Part shown: positions 46,698 to 56,913 of the stretch, in pieces
How the letters are laid out: each line of letters starts with the position of its first letter
How positions within the stretch are numbered: position 1 is the stretch's first letter
Assembly: GCA_014729395.1 (NCBI GenBank)
Contig: WJJZ01000010.1
Coordinates: forward strand, 23,901 to 87,900
Source: Candidatus Magasanikiibacteriota bacterium
GTDB taxonomy: Bacteria > Patescibacteriota > Patescibacteriia > Magasanikbacterales > UBA922
Reading direction: 5' to 3'
Length of the DNA stretch: 64,000 bases
Notes under the pieces: model-generated
What the model saw: only the letters and a program-made list of their open reading frames with translations
Databases searched by the model: none
Told to the model about the DNA's origin: nothing
Position numbers and translations under genes: made by a program

Positions 46698-47567
46698 TTA
46701 ACAACTCAAGACTTCATCTGAATTTTTTCCTTGTTTTTTCATTCTCGCATATTTTTCCATTACATCTCTCATTGCTTCGTGGACTTCACGCATTTCTATA
46801 CCGATTTTTTCTAAATTTTCCGAATTCAAAAAATTGTTTGATCGGCCCTTTTTTGCCAGACCTTGCTCAACAAGTTCTTCATTATTTATCCACTTATTAC
46901 TATGGCTTGGATCAACAAATTCTTTGTAGAGCTCTATTATTTCACGGTGTTTTAAAGTACCCGGATTTGTAACATGAAAAATTCCACTCGCTTTTTTTTC
47001 CATCAACTTGTAAAAAACATCTACCATATCGTCTATTATGGTCACGCTGTTTTCCACATCAATTACTTTGGGGAAACTAGCCAACTTGTCTATCATGTTA
47101 TTTGCCGAAGGAATATAATCAATCGGCATTCTAATTCGCGCTATGCCAATATTTTCCATAGTGGAAAGTACCAGATCGGCAGCCCATTTGGCTTTTGAAT
47201 AAACCGCTTTTGGATTGCCAAAATCAGACTCTCGCCATTTTTTATCTTTGTGTGGCGAGTCGCCATAAAAAATACATCCCGAACCAATATGTAATAAATA
47301 AACTCCTCTTTTTTGACAGGCTTCCGCCAAAATAATCGGCAATTTGGTATTTCCAACTATTGTTTCCATTTGGTGGTCTTCACACCAATCAACATTTGGC
47401 TTTCCTCGAACACCGGCGGCATTTAAAATTGCGTCCGGCTGGTGCTCGTCAATCAAATCCAAGACATCTTTTTTAGAATTGATGTGCTTTTCTGCCAAAA
47501 CAGAACCGGGCCATGCTTTTGCACACCTGTTTCCAATATAACCTTTACCGATTATTAGTATTTTCAT
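46698..47567 (-). CDS. NAD(P)-dependent sugar epimerase/reductase (dTDP-4-dehydrorhamnose reductase-like)
   Basis: Rossmann N-terminus MKILIIGKGYIG and YSKAK catalytic pair; follows rmlB. Confidence 0.6.
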   Translation of the reverse strand: MKILIIGKGYIGNRCAKAWPGSVLAEKHINSKKDVLDLIDEHQPDAILNAAGVRGKPNVDWCEDHQMETIVGNTKLPIILAEACQKRGVYLLHIGSGCIFYGDSPHKDKKWRESDFGNPKAVYSKAKWAADLVLSTMENIGIARIRMPIDYIPSANNMIDKLASFPKVIDVENSVTIIDDMVDVFYKLMEKKASGIFHVTNPGTLKHREIIELYKEFVDPSHSNKWINNEELVEQGLAKKGRSNNFLNSENLEKIGIEMREVHEAMRDVMEKYARMKKQGKNSDEVLSC

Positions 47568-47572
47568 ACAAC

Positions 47573-48580
47573 TTATCTATTAATATACTGTTTTTTATAA
47601 TAATCACGATAATCACCTGAACGAACATCGTCTATCCAATTTTTATTATTTTGATACCAGTCAACAGTTGACCGCAAACCATCCTTAAAACCTATCAATG
47701 GTTCCCACCCCATTTCGGAGGCTATTTTACCATAATCAATAGAATATCTTCTATCATGACCGGGTCTGTCTTTTACATATTCAATATATGAATCATCTTT
47801 ATCCATTAGCTGGATCAGTGTCTTTGTTAGATATAGATTGGTTATTTCACTGTCCTTGCCACCAAGACAATAAGTCTCCCCTTCTTTTCCTTTGTGAATA
47901 ATCATATCAATACCCCTCACATGATCATCTACATGAATCCAGTCTCTTATTTGCTGCCCATCTCCATATACCGGTACTTTTTTATCTTCAAACAAATTAC
48001 AAATAAAAAGAGGTATGATTTTTTCCGGAAATTGATATGGTCCGTAATTATTTGAGCAATTTGATATCGTAACAGGTACTTTGAATGTATGAAAATATGC
48101 CCTTACCAAGTGGTCGGCCGCCGCTTTTGAAGCGGAATAAGGGTTTCGCGGATTGTATGGCGTCATTTCATCAAACGAAGGATCATCAGGACCCAATGCG
48201 CCAAAAACCTCGTCAGTAGAAATATGATGAAATCTCTTATCATATTCTTTTGCCGCCTCCAATAATACCTGTGTGCCCTGAACATTGCTTTTAATAAAAA
48301 TACTCGAATCCATTATTGACCTATCCACATGTGTTTCAGCAGCAAAATTTACCACTACATCAACATCTTTTACCAAATCAAAAACTAAATTCTTGTCACA
48401 AATATCACCTTTAATAAATTTATAATTGGCGCTTCCTTCCAATTTTTTTACATTTTTTAAATTGGCGGCATAATTCAGCTTATCCAAATTAATTATATTG
48501 TAATCCGGATATTTTTCCGCCAAATAAAGTATAAAATTTGATCCTATAAATCCGGCTCCGCCACAAATTAAAATTTTCAT
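47573..48580 (-). CDS. rfbB: dTDP-glucose 4,6-dehydratase
   Basis: GGAGFIGSN, STDEVFG and YSASKAAADHL motifs of RmlB. Confidence 0.85.
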   Translation of the reverse strand: MKILICGGAGFIGSNFILYLAEKYPDYNIINLDKLNYAANLKNVKKLEGSANYKFIKGDICDKNLVFDLVKDVDVVVNFAAETHVDRSIMDSSIFIKSNVQGTQVLLEAAKEYDKRFHHISTDEVFGALGPDDPSFDEMTPYNPRNPYSASKAAADHLVRAYFHTFKVPVTISNCSNNYGPYQFPEKIIPLFICNLFEDKKVPVYGDGQQIRDWIHVDDHVRGIDMIIHKGKEGETYCLGGKDSEITNLYLTKTLIQLMDKDDSYIEYVKDRPGHDRRYSIDYGKIASEMGWEPLIGFKDGLRSTVDWYQNNKNWIDDVRSGDYRDYYKKQYINR

Positions 48581-48634
48581 AAATAATTTTTAGACAAAAA
48601 AATTATATCATGCAATATACAAATATTCAAACCA

Positions 48635-49036
48635 TTATTTTTTTATTATATATTCAAAATCATCCCCGGACCTAAGTCTTTTATTGCTAAACATAACCAA
48701 AACCGCCGAATCTAAACCCACATTTGCAGTCGCATGAGAAACCAAGGGCGGTATGTGAATGACTTGCTTAGCCGGTAAAATATTTATATCTGTTCTTTTT
48801 TTAGTCTTAACATGTTCAAAGTATCCTTTTATGGATCCGGACTCTGCATACATCATCAAAAAAGTATCTCGATGATAATAATTTCCCGTTACCACTCCGG
48901 GCTCAATCATCAATCTGGATATATAGACACCGCCGACTTTCACGGAAGATAGAATTCTGCCACTTTTTTGTTCGTCAGGCACAAATTCAAAAACCTTTAC
49001 AAAATGACCGCCGGGAGTCTTTTTTTTAGAGGCCAT
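48635..49036 (-). CDS. Cupin-fold sugar-nucleotide ketoisomerase/epimerase-like protein (WxcM/FdtA-like)
   Basis: 133-aa cupin following the rml genes; the H-rich YYHRD segment is a possible metal site. Confidence 0.45.
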   Translation of the reverse strand: MASKKKTPGGHFVKVFEFVPDEQKSGRILSSVKVGGVYISRLMIEPGVVTGNYYHRDTFLMMYAESGSIKGYFEHVKTKKRTDINILPAKQVIHIPPLVSHATANVGLDSAVLVMFSNKRLRSGDDFEYIIKK

Positions 49037-49054
49037 ATATTTAGGTCTTAATGC

Positions 49055-49975
49055 TTATTTTTTATAAATATAATCTTTAATATCTGCCAGAGGGTATTCA
49101 TTATGAAAAGCAATTTTTTCAGGTAAATCATCCAATGGAAAATAATCAAAATCATCCATTTCCACATTTTTTATAAAATTATGTGATTTAATTTTAGCAA
49201 AATAAAATGATACAACATCTGCGGCTTTGGGATGTTTGGCCCTATCTGAATATACTTGAAACAATACACCCATTTCACTTTCTACCCCAAGCTCTTCTCT
49301 AATCTCTCTTTTTAGGCAATCTTCAATTGTTTCGCCAACATAAATATGACCACCGGGAAAATCCCAAAAACCCACATATGGAGGTTGAATTCTCCTTGCC
49401 AATAAAATTTCCTTTTTTTCGTTTAAAATAATGGCGTTAGTCGCAAATCGAGGATATTCGTTTTGAACTATATATGTATAATCTTTATTAAAATATTCAC
49501 TGTATATTCTTCTGTTGCTGGGAATTAATTGCCCTTCTTTTTTCTTTTTCAAATAAGTAAGTGCGATCAAGCCATGATTAAACGCCAGAGGGTGCTCTGC
49601 CAGTTTTTCCAATGTGAGCCATTTAAAATCACTCACTTCGGGATTGATTTTTAACTCTCCTTTTTTTATTTTAACTTCAAAAGCCACCTGAACTACAAAA
49701 AATCTTGGATCCGGAGGAGGATTCATAGACGGATCAGCAAATATATCTATTAAATTTTTAATTTCTACATCAAGTCCGGTTTCTTCTTTTACTTCACGAA
49801 GTACTGTATGTTCAATATTATTGTCACCAACCTCAACTCTCCCCCCAACCAAAGTCCAAAAACCCTTAAATGGAGACACATCTCTTTTAACCAATAAAAT
49901 CTCATCCTTTTCATTGAGAATGACAGCATCTATGCATGGAACCGGATGATCTGATTGTTCTGTATATTTATACAT
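49055..49975 (-). CDS. Tandem-Nudix hydrolase (two Nudix boxes)
   Basis: GGRVEVGDNNIEHTVLREVKEETGL and GGHIYVGETIEDCLKREIREELGV. Start taken at MYKYTEQ. Confidence 0.7.
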   Translation of the reverse strand: MYKYTEQSDHPVPCIDAVILNEKDEILLVKRDVSPFKGFWTLVGGRVEVGDNNIEHTVLREVKEETGLDVEIKNLIDIFADPSMNPPPDPRFFVVQVAFEVKIKKGELKINPEVSDFKWLTLEKLAEHPLAFNHGLIALTYLKKKKEGQLIPSNRRIYSEYFNKDYTYIVQNEYPRFATNAIILNEKKEILLARRIQPPYVGFWDFPGGHIYVGETIEDCLKREIREELGVESEMGVLFQVYSDRAKHPKAADVVSFYFAKIKSHNFIKNVEMDDFDYFPLDDLPEKIAFHNEYPLADIKDYIYKK

Positions 49976-49976
49976 A

Positions 49977-50516
49977 TTATTTACTAAGAAAATAATGCCT
50001 GGTGATAGACCATGCGGCCATGGTCTGTCCGCACCAGATATCATTGTTTATTACCATTCTGTCCACCTCTTCCGGGTACCTGCAAATCACTTCGATCTCC
50101 TCCTCATCATCAGATTCTATTTCTGTTTGATTTTCCACTTTTGCCAAAAAAATATGTGACTTATCTTTGAATAGACCGTTCGAAGCTTGAAATTCACCAA
50201 CTTTTATAAAATCAGAAGCTATATAACCGGTTTCTTCTTGTAACTCCGATGCTGCGGTTTTGACAGGACTGGAACCCTGTCTTATTCCCCCGCCCGGAAA
50301 TTCAATACTGTTTTTGCTTTCCAGATATCTATATTGCATTACTAGCACCAAACGCCCATCAGATAAGATCGGCACAACCATGGACATTCCGTTTGTTAAA
50401 CCGTAATAGTAATCACCATATTTGCCGTTCGCATATACAAGCCGATCATGCATATATTTCCACCAAGGATTCTCATCTATTATTTCTTCGCTGATTTTTT
50501 TTATCTTATTTAGCAT
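49977..50516 (-). CDS. Nudix hydrolase (ADP-ribose pyrophosphatase-like)
   Basis: Nudix box GGGIRQGSSPVKTAASELQEETGY. Confidence 0.7.
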   Translation of the reverse strand: MLNKIKKISEEIIDENPWWKYMHDRLVYANGKYGDYYYGLTNGMSMVVPILSDGRLVLVMQYRYLESKNSIEFPGGGIRQGSSPVKTAASELQEETGYIASDFIKVGEFQASNGLFKDKSHIFLAKVENQTEIESDDEEEIEVICRYPEEVDRMVINNDIWCGQTMAAWSITRHYFLSK

Positions 50517-50547
50517 AAATTAATAAAAATAATCCATCTAAAATGGA

Positions 50548-50958
50548 TTATTGCGCATTAAAATATTTTGCTACCTCCTCTACTGTTTCGTCACCCGGGT
50601 GGTTTACAATGGAATGCATGTTTCCACCGCCATCGTCTCGCCAGCGAGGTAAAATATGAACATGCATATGTGGTACCACTTGACCGCCGGCTGAATTTTG
50701 ATTCCAGCCGACATTGTACCCGTCGGGCTTTAATTTTTCATCTATACGCTGCATAGTTTTTTTGGTAGCAACGAATAGTAACTTTAAAGACTCATCACTT
50801 AGTCCAAAGGGATTTTTCGCATGTTCTTTGGGAATTACGACCGTATGACCTTTGCATCTGGGGTTAACATCCAAAAAAGCAAGATTATTTTCATCTTCAT
50901 ATATAATATGCGCAGGGATTTCCTTATTTATTATTTTACAAAAAATACATTCTTCCAT
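50548..50958 (-). CDS. HIT-family hydrolase
   Basis: CIFCKI zinc-ribbon-like N-terminus and HMHVHILPR histidine triad. Confidence 0.8.
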   Translation of the reverse strand: MEECIFCKIINKEIPAHIIYEDENNLAFLDVNPRCKGHTVVIPKEHAKNPFGLSDESLKLLFVATKKTMQRIDEKLKPDGYNVGWNQNSAGGQVVPHMHVHILPRWRDDGGGNMHSIVNHPGDETVEEVAKYFNAQ

Positions 50959-50964
50959 AAGACA

Positions 50965-53244
50965 TTAAAACTTCCAAATTATTATATTTTCTTCATAAAT
51001 TGCCTCCGAACCTATTATAACATCAATTGACTGTCTTTTGTCAATTGATTTTACATATTGTGAATCCAAGACTAAAAAGCAGTTATTTTTTTGTGATATT
51101 TCCTTTGCTTTTGCCAAAAATTCTTTGTTCGGTTTATTTTTTAATTTATTAAAAATTTCCACTCTTTCGGATTGCCCAAATTGATAATCAATTGGAAAAC
51201 CACCGCCAACAATGCGCGAGCCGGAAACCCCTTCAAGAGCCAACAAAAACCAAGTATCAGCCACAACACAGACACTATTGATACTATTATTTTGGATATG
51301 CTTATTCAAAAATAATGCGGCTTCATGTTCATTTTGTGATACCACTCTCATATCCGGACCGGATGTATAACTAACAGTGGCAAAAAGCGAGGAAATTAAT
51401 AATGAAATAGTCACTATTATTTTGTGTTTATAGCTATTTTTATACAGATGCGAAGAAGATTTTAGAAGGGAAAATACAGCCGTTAATAATAAGATAATAA
51501 AAACTAAAGCCAATATATGGTCCAATCTGCGCACAAATAATCGATCCCCGGACATAAAAAACCAGCCTATTATATAGGCGCCAAAACTTAAGCAAAAAAA
51601 TGCCGATATGAAAAAATTGTGCAGTCTGTATTTTTTGACGACCAGAATATAAAAACCATAAAAAATTAACAACCAAAAAATAATCATTAGCGGAATCAAA
51701 AAATAACGCCAACTGTTAAATAAATTACTTACGAAAGCATAATCCGGTGTATGATTGTAAAAAATATTTCCAATAACAATGTCATGCGACCTGATTGCTG
51801 TTGCATAGTACCATCCGCTAAATACTCCTATGAATTTTTTAAACTGATCCATCCAATTGAAATTTAAATCAATTATACTGATCTTGCTGATAAGTTCTAT
51901 CACAGGAATGAGAGTGCCTAATAAAATCAACAAACCGATTTTAAAAGCTACAAATATATGGTCGTTCTTTATTTTATTTATTGCCTTGTAAATTAAAACC
52001 GATAACAATAGAATTACCAACAAAACCAAATGCAAGGTATAACCCAATAACAAAATAGCTGTAAGTCCAAGGCAAAAATATAATTGTCTTTTTTGTTTTT
52101 CTTGAAAATATTGAATCCAAAATATTATCGCAAGCATAAAAAAAATAAAACCCAAACTAACCGGCACTGATAAAGAACCCAAGGCCTGAAAAGTAAATAA
52201 AAATGTACTCACCCAAGCTAAAATTACACCGGCCCGCCAATTTCTGAATATTAAATGACCCAGCCTAAATAACATTAAGGGAAGAAAAAAAGACCAAAGA
52301 ATCGGCATTAACCAGCGATTAATATCTACCAAATCAATATGTAAGCTTTGAGATAATAATGAATTCGCCGACCAAAAATGTGAGTAAGCAAATTTTTGCG
52401 GTACAAAAAAAACTTCCGGTAAATCAATATTCATAACTTCGATCCAACGCGCTTCGGGACCAATTAAAACCGGAGGAACAAACTCCTCAGACAATATTGC
52501 TTTTTCCGTTCCCAACAAACGCCAAACATCTCCTCCCCAAGGCAAACTATGAGACAGAGGTAGATATGAATGCAGCAACAGACTGAAGGAAAACAAAAAA
52601 ATTAAAAGTTTTTTAATACCAGTATTTGAAAATATCAAAAGACCCAATATAAATATCAACAAAAAAAATACTACGGGGTAATATTGATTTATTGCCTGCC
52701 AAGGAGACATTAAAGCCTCATTACTTTTTGAATCGAATAACAAATAAAAACCACAAAATAAAAGTGATAAAAAAATAATTTGCAGAGGCCAAACACCACT
52801 AAAGACCTTCAGGCTGTTGTTGTCTATATGAGAAATAATTTTTTTATTCTTTATTTTTTTGTAATTTTCTATGGTCAGCAGATCGAGTAAAAAAATAAAT
52901 AAAAAAGAAATTCCAAAGCATAACCACACAATGAAGTAAGTGGATTTATAAAAGCTAACAAATATAGAAAGACAAAAAACAAGTGACGCAAAAGACAGTA
53001 AAAGCGCCAAAATTTGTTTCTCAAAATAGATTGATTTTATGTGAAAAAACTTTTGAATTACAGATTGCCAGTACAATGATGTACAAAATATATAAACTGC
53101 AAAAACCAATACACCTATATAAGCAATCTGCCAAAAAAACATATTTAAATACAAAAAAAACAAACTTAACAATAAGACTGCTGCGTAAATATATTTATTT
53201 TTTTTGTTTTTAAATGCCATGAGCGAACAAACTAATGATGGCAA
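50965..53244 (-). CDS. Large polytopic membrane protein (more than 12 TM plus C-terminal soluble domain), GT-C-like glycosyltransferase candidate
   Basis: Architecture only. Confidence 0.35.
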   Translation of the reverse strand: MPSLVCSLMAFKNKKNKYIYAAVLLLSLFFLYLNMFFWQIAYIGVLVFAVYIFCTSLYWQSVIQKFFHIKSIYFEKQILALLLSFASLVFCLSIFVSFYKSTYFIVWLCFGISFLFIFLLDLLTIENYKKIKNKKIISHIDNNSLKVFSGVWPLQIIFLSLLFCGFYLLFDSKSNEALMSPWQAINQYYPVVFFLLIFILGLLIFSNTGIKKLLIFLFSFSLLLHSYLPLSHSLPWGGDVWRLLGTEKAILSEEFVPPVLIGPEARWIEVMNIDLPEVFFVPQKFAYSHFWSANSLLSQSLHIDLVDINRWLMPILWSFFLPLMLFRLGHLIFRNWRAGVILAWVSTFLFTFQALGSLSVPVSLGFIFFMLAIIFWIQYFQEKQKRQLYFCLGLTAILLLGYTLHLVLLVILLLSVLIYKAINKIKNDHIFVAFKIGLLILLGTLIPVIELISKISIIDLNFNWMDQFKKFIGVFSGWYYATAIRSHDIVIGNIFYNHTPDYAFVSNLFNSWRYFLIPLMIIFWLLIFYGFYILVVKKYRLHNFFISAFFCLSFGAYIIGWFFMSGDRLFVRRLDHILALVFIILLLTAVFSLLKSSSHLYKNSYKHKIIVTISLLISSLFATVSYTSGPDMRVVSQNEHEAALFLNKHIQNNSINSVCVVADTWFLLALEGVSGSRIVGGGFPIDYQFGQSERVEIFNKLKNKPNKEFLAKAKEISQKNNCFLVLDSQYVKSIDKRQSIDVIIGSEAIYEENIIIWKF

Positions 53245-53833
53245 AGCCGATGGCTATACCAAAAATCCAGGCAGCAATTGTGAGTAAAAGTGGAAATTCA
53301 AGTAATAATGCCAATAAAGTAACAAAAACAGCCGTAACTTGCAAAATCATTTTTATTTTACCCCAAACATTAGCCATTCGAACCGTTTTAAACTTGTATT
53401 TGGCTACGAGAGCGGAAAAAATAAAAACTATTTCAATTATTAAAATTGTTACACCCAAGACAAAAGAAAAATTCTCAAAAACCAGAAGTATAACCATTGA
53501 ACCTACCAAAAATTTATCGGCCAACGGATCAATTAATTTACCAAATTGTGTTATTTTGTTTTTGGTTCTGGCCAAAGATCCGTCAATCGCATCAGTGCTG
53601 GCCACTAATAAAAAAAATACTATTCCAATTTTATAGCTTCCAAATACAATAATCAAAAAAACTACCGGTGTAGCAATAATTCGAAAAATACTGATTTTAT
53701 TTGGTGTTATTGACTCGGGAAAATATTGCAATAATCCTTTGTATAGCAACTTGTCATGGATATGAACCTCTTCGGCCTTCATGAATCTAAACAAATCACT
53801 ATGATTTCTTATAAATTTGTCTATATAAAACAT
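53210..53833 (-). CDS. CDP-alcohol phosphatidyltransferase
   Basis: DAIDGSLAR..GKLIDPLAD matches D-x2-DG-x2-AR..G-x3-D-x3-D. Confidence 0.75.
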   Translation of the reverse strand: MFYIDKFIRNHSDLFRFMKAEEVHIHDKLLYKGLLQYFPESITPNKISIFRIIATPVVFLIIVFGSYKIGIVFFLLVASTDAIDGSLARTKNKITQFGKLIDPLADKFLVGSMVILLVFENFSFVLGVTILIIEIVFIFSALVAKYKFKTVRMANVWGKIKMILQVTAVFVTLLALLLEFPLLLTIAAWIFGIAIGFAIISLFAHGI

Positions 53834-53873
53834 ATCAGTCCTGATTGGATAGAAAAATTTGCCTTAATATGCT

Positions 53874-55967
53874 ATGATTTTAGTATATTTCAAAGGCATG
53901 TCTTACATAAAATATATCACAATCAATTGTATTTGCCTAGCCGGAATTGCCGTCGGTTTGTATTTTGATCAATTTACTTTGCCGGGTTTATTTTTCGCCA
54001 TTTTTTTATTGATTTTAATATCTTTTTATATAACAAAATTAAATTTCTTAAAATTGGCAAAATGGAATTTTTTTTGGACGATAACAATGATGATTTTGAT
54101 TTTAATAATCATTCACTCAACAATATATTTTTTTTATAAAAGCAATCCCTTCACAATATTTATTACTTTTTTAATCTTATCTTTTATTGGGCTATTTTTT
54201 TATCAAAAAAAATATCGATTTCATTTGACAAAACCTAAGTTTAATTTAAAAAATAAATTTAATCGTTTGGATTTATTATTTCTTTTAATCTTATTATGTC
54301 AAATCATTTTATTATATGTTCTCCAAAACAAAGCCACAACAGATGCTCTGGGATCACCATGGCCCATATTCGGTTCAAGGTTTTTTTGGTTTTACGGATT
54401 TAGTACTGCTATTTTAATTTTTTACAGTTTTGTAAAAACCAATAAATATTTATGGTTAGTATCGGTATCCATTCATTATTTAATCAGTCTGGGAATTATT
54501 ACTTTTGTATACCCGCTTGGCTGGGGATATGATCCATTTTTGCATCGAGCTGCGGAAAAGTATATTTTTGAATTTGGCGCAGCCATTCCAAAAACGCCTT
54601 TTTATATCGGTCAATATGTTATTGTCAATATTTTAGCTCACCTAACAAATCTACCAATAAAAATCATAGATATTTATTTGGTTCCCGTTCTAAGCTCGAT
54701 CTTGTTACCCATTTCCGTTTATTTTGGGACAAGATACGGCTTAAAATTAAGTGAAAAATTATCACGACTTTCGGCAATAATCATTTTGTTGTATCCGTTC
54801 AAAACAATGGTAGTTACCACGCCATATAATTTGGCAAACACTTTTACATTGACAAGCATTTTTTTGTCATTGTTAATGATTAATAATAAAAAAAATTGGA
54901 TACCGTCATTGCTATTTGCTGTGCTGGCAGTACTAACACACCCACTGGTTGGTATTTTTGCCATAATTTTATTTATACTTATCTTATTAAATAAAATCTT
55001 AATAAACAAAAAAAGAATTGTTTTATCCGTGATATCAGTAGTGTCATTTTTTATAATTCCCATTCTATTTATCATTTATGGACAAATTGGCGGAACAAAT
55101 ATTGAAATTGTATTTAATTTGGATAATTTTATAAATTTATTTCGTGAACCATACTATTTTATTAATCGCCCGGCTCATTGGATTTTGGATCTTGTTTATT
55201 TATACAGATTTTTTATTCCAGGGATAATAATAGCCTTCTCTATATCCGTGTTCATGTACAAAGAAAAAAAAGGTTTATATTTATATTTACTAATGTCTCT
55301 GATAATTTTAATAAATGTTTTTATCTTAAGCTCATTTATTAAATTTAAACAGCTAAACAGCTTTGAACAAATACAGTACTCGCAAAGACTCATCCACTCA
55401 TGTTTATTTTTTATTCTTCCGTTGTTTATTATCGGATTAATAAAAACGATCAGATTGGTCAAGAATAAAAAAAATATTTATTTTGTCACTTTGTTTGCTC
55501 TTTCGATCCCGCTTACAACTTCCCTCTACTTAAGCTACCCCCAAAAAAACCCAATTGTTCATTTTCCGGCTTACAATGTAACCGATTCTGACTATACTGC
55601 TATCGAATATATTAACAATAGCGCAGGCGATCATGACTATGTTGTGTTGTCGAATATCTTAACCGCAGCCGCAGCTATTGAAAAATATGGCTTTTCAAAT
55701 TATTTTGACACAGACAAAGGAAAATTATTTTACTATTCAATACCATCAGGAAGTCCTCTGGCGGAACTGTATTCCAAAATGCTATATAAAGGACAACAGC
55801 GCATTTATATGGAAAAAGCAATGGAGCTCACAAAAACAAATAAATCTTTTTTTGTAATGACATCTTATTGGCATAATTCAAAAGAAATTATTAATGGCGC
55901 CAAAAATACTGCGGATAGCTGGTATTCGATAGATAATAAAGTATGGGTATTTGAGTATTTTAAGTAA
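53874..55967 (+). CDS. Large polytopic membrane protein, paralogous in architecture to 50965-53244 (GT-C-like candidate)
   Basis: About 13 TM helices plus a C-terminal soluble domain. Confidence 0.35.
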   Translation: MILVYFKGMSYIKYITINCICLAGIAVGLYFDQFTLPGLFFAIFLLILISFYITKLNFLKLAKWNFFWTITMMILILIIIHSTIYFFYKSNPFTIFITFLILSFIGLFFYQKKYRFHLTKPKFNLKNKFNRLDLLFLLILLCQIILLYVLQNKATTDALGSPWPIFGSRFFWFYGFSTAILIFYSFVKTNKYLWLVSVSIHYLISLGIITFVYPLGWGYDPFLHRAAEKYIFEFGAAIPKTPFYIGQYVIVNILAHLTNLPIKIIDIYLVPVLSSILLPISVYFGTRYGLKLSEKLSRLSAIIILLYPFKTMVVTTPYNLANTFTLTSIFLSLLMINNKKNWIPSLLFAVLAVLTHPLVGIFAIILFILILLNKILINKKRIVLSVISVVSFFIIPILFIIYGQIGGTNIEIVFNLDNFINLFREPYYFINRPAHWILDLVYLYRFFIPGIIIAFSISVFMYKEKKGLYLYLLMSLIILINVFILSSFIKFKQLNSFEQIQYSQRLIHSCLFFILPLFIIGLIKTIRLVKNKKNIYFVTLFALSIPLTTSLYLSYPQKNPIVHFPAYNVTDSDYTAIEYINNSAGDHDYVVLSNILTAAAAIEKYGFSNYFDTDKGKLFYYSIPSGSPLAELYSKMLYKGQQRIYMEKAMELTKTNKSFFVMTSYWHNSKEIINGAKNTADSWYSIDNKVWVFEYFK

Positions 55968-56034
55968 ATATAATCTAATTAAAAAACCCACTTTTACGCA
56001 GGTTTTAAAAAAAGAACATCTATTCTTGATCGAC

Positions 56035-56721
56035 TTAGCCCCAACTTTTCCTAAGATTTGATATTATCTGTTCCTGGATAACCTTAGATAAACCTCTGCA
56101 ACCGTTGAAAGTCGCTTCTGAAATATCAGTTCCGGCAAGAGAAGCCTTTTCAAAATTAGCCTCGTCAAATCGTGTATTTACTGCGGAAACTCTTTGCAGA
56201 GTAGCAGACTTCAAATTCGCTCCAAAAAACTCACTATCATCTAAGAATGATCCATTAAAATTTGCCTCCTGAAATTGACCACCGGCCATAAAAGCATGGT
56301 AAAGCTTGGCTCTGCTAAAAATTGTATACCTACCTTGTGCTTCTACCAAACATGCGCCATACAAATTAGCGTTAGTAAAATTACATCCGGTAATCACACT
56401 GCAATAAAGATTGCAATGCCTCATATCAGCGTTAGAAAAATTAACATCCGCTAAGCTCGCATCATCAAGATGCGCTCGAACCAAGCTTGCACCCACAAAA
56501 CTACATCCATCCATCACAGTATCTTGCAGCAGAGCACCATCAAGGATTACTCCATCAAAATTTACACCCAACAACACCGTCCTTTGTAAATCCACTCCGA
56601 TTAGATCAAGTTGTCCGATGTTATTTTGTGACCTCCAATGTTCAAATTCATCCACATCACCATGCTTTAACATGGAAACGGCTAAATTTTTGACTTCTTT
56701 GGTTCTTCCGCCGTTTTTCAT
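56035..56721 (-). CDS. Pentapeptide-repeat protein
   Basis: Continuous A(D/N)LxG-type pentapeptide repeats (ANLYGACLVEAQ, ANFNGSFLDDSEFFGANLKSATL); GC content visibly higher than flanks. Confidence 0.8.
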   Translation of the reverse strand: MKNGGRTKEVKNLAVSMLKHGDVDEFEHWRSQNNIGQLDLIGVDLQRTVLLGVNFDGVILDGALLQDTVMDGCSFVGASLVRAHLDDASLADVNFSNADMRHCNLYCSVITGCNFTNANLYGACLVEAQGRYTIFSRAKLYHAFMAGGQFQEANFNGSFLDDSEFFGANLKSATLQRVSAVNTRFDEANFEKASLAGTDISEATFNGCRGLSKVIQEQIISNLRKSWG

Positions 56722-56913
56722 TTTGCACCTCCTTTGTTTGTGAATTTATATTAATATACAAATGTAATCACTGTCAACAATAAAAAATAATTTTTTTTAA
56801 ATTTATTATTCTGAAGACAAATTTATTTGTTTAATAAAATTCACACATATTCGATTTAAAAAAGCCACCAACCGTTTAATAACGGTGGTGGCTGTAAGTG
56901 TCAAACTGTCAAT

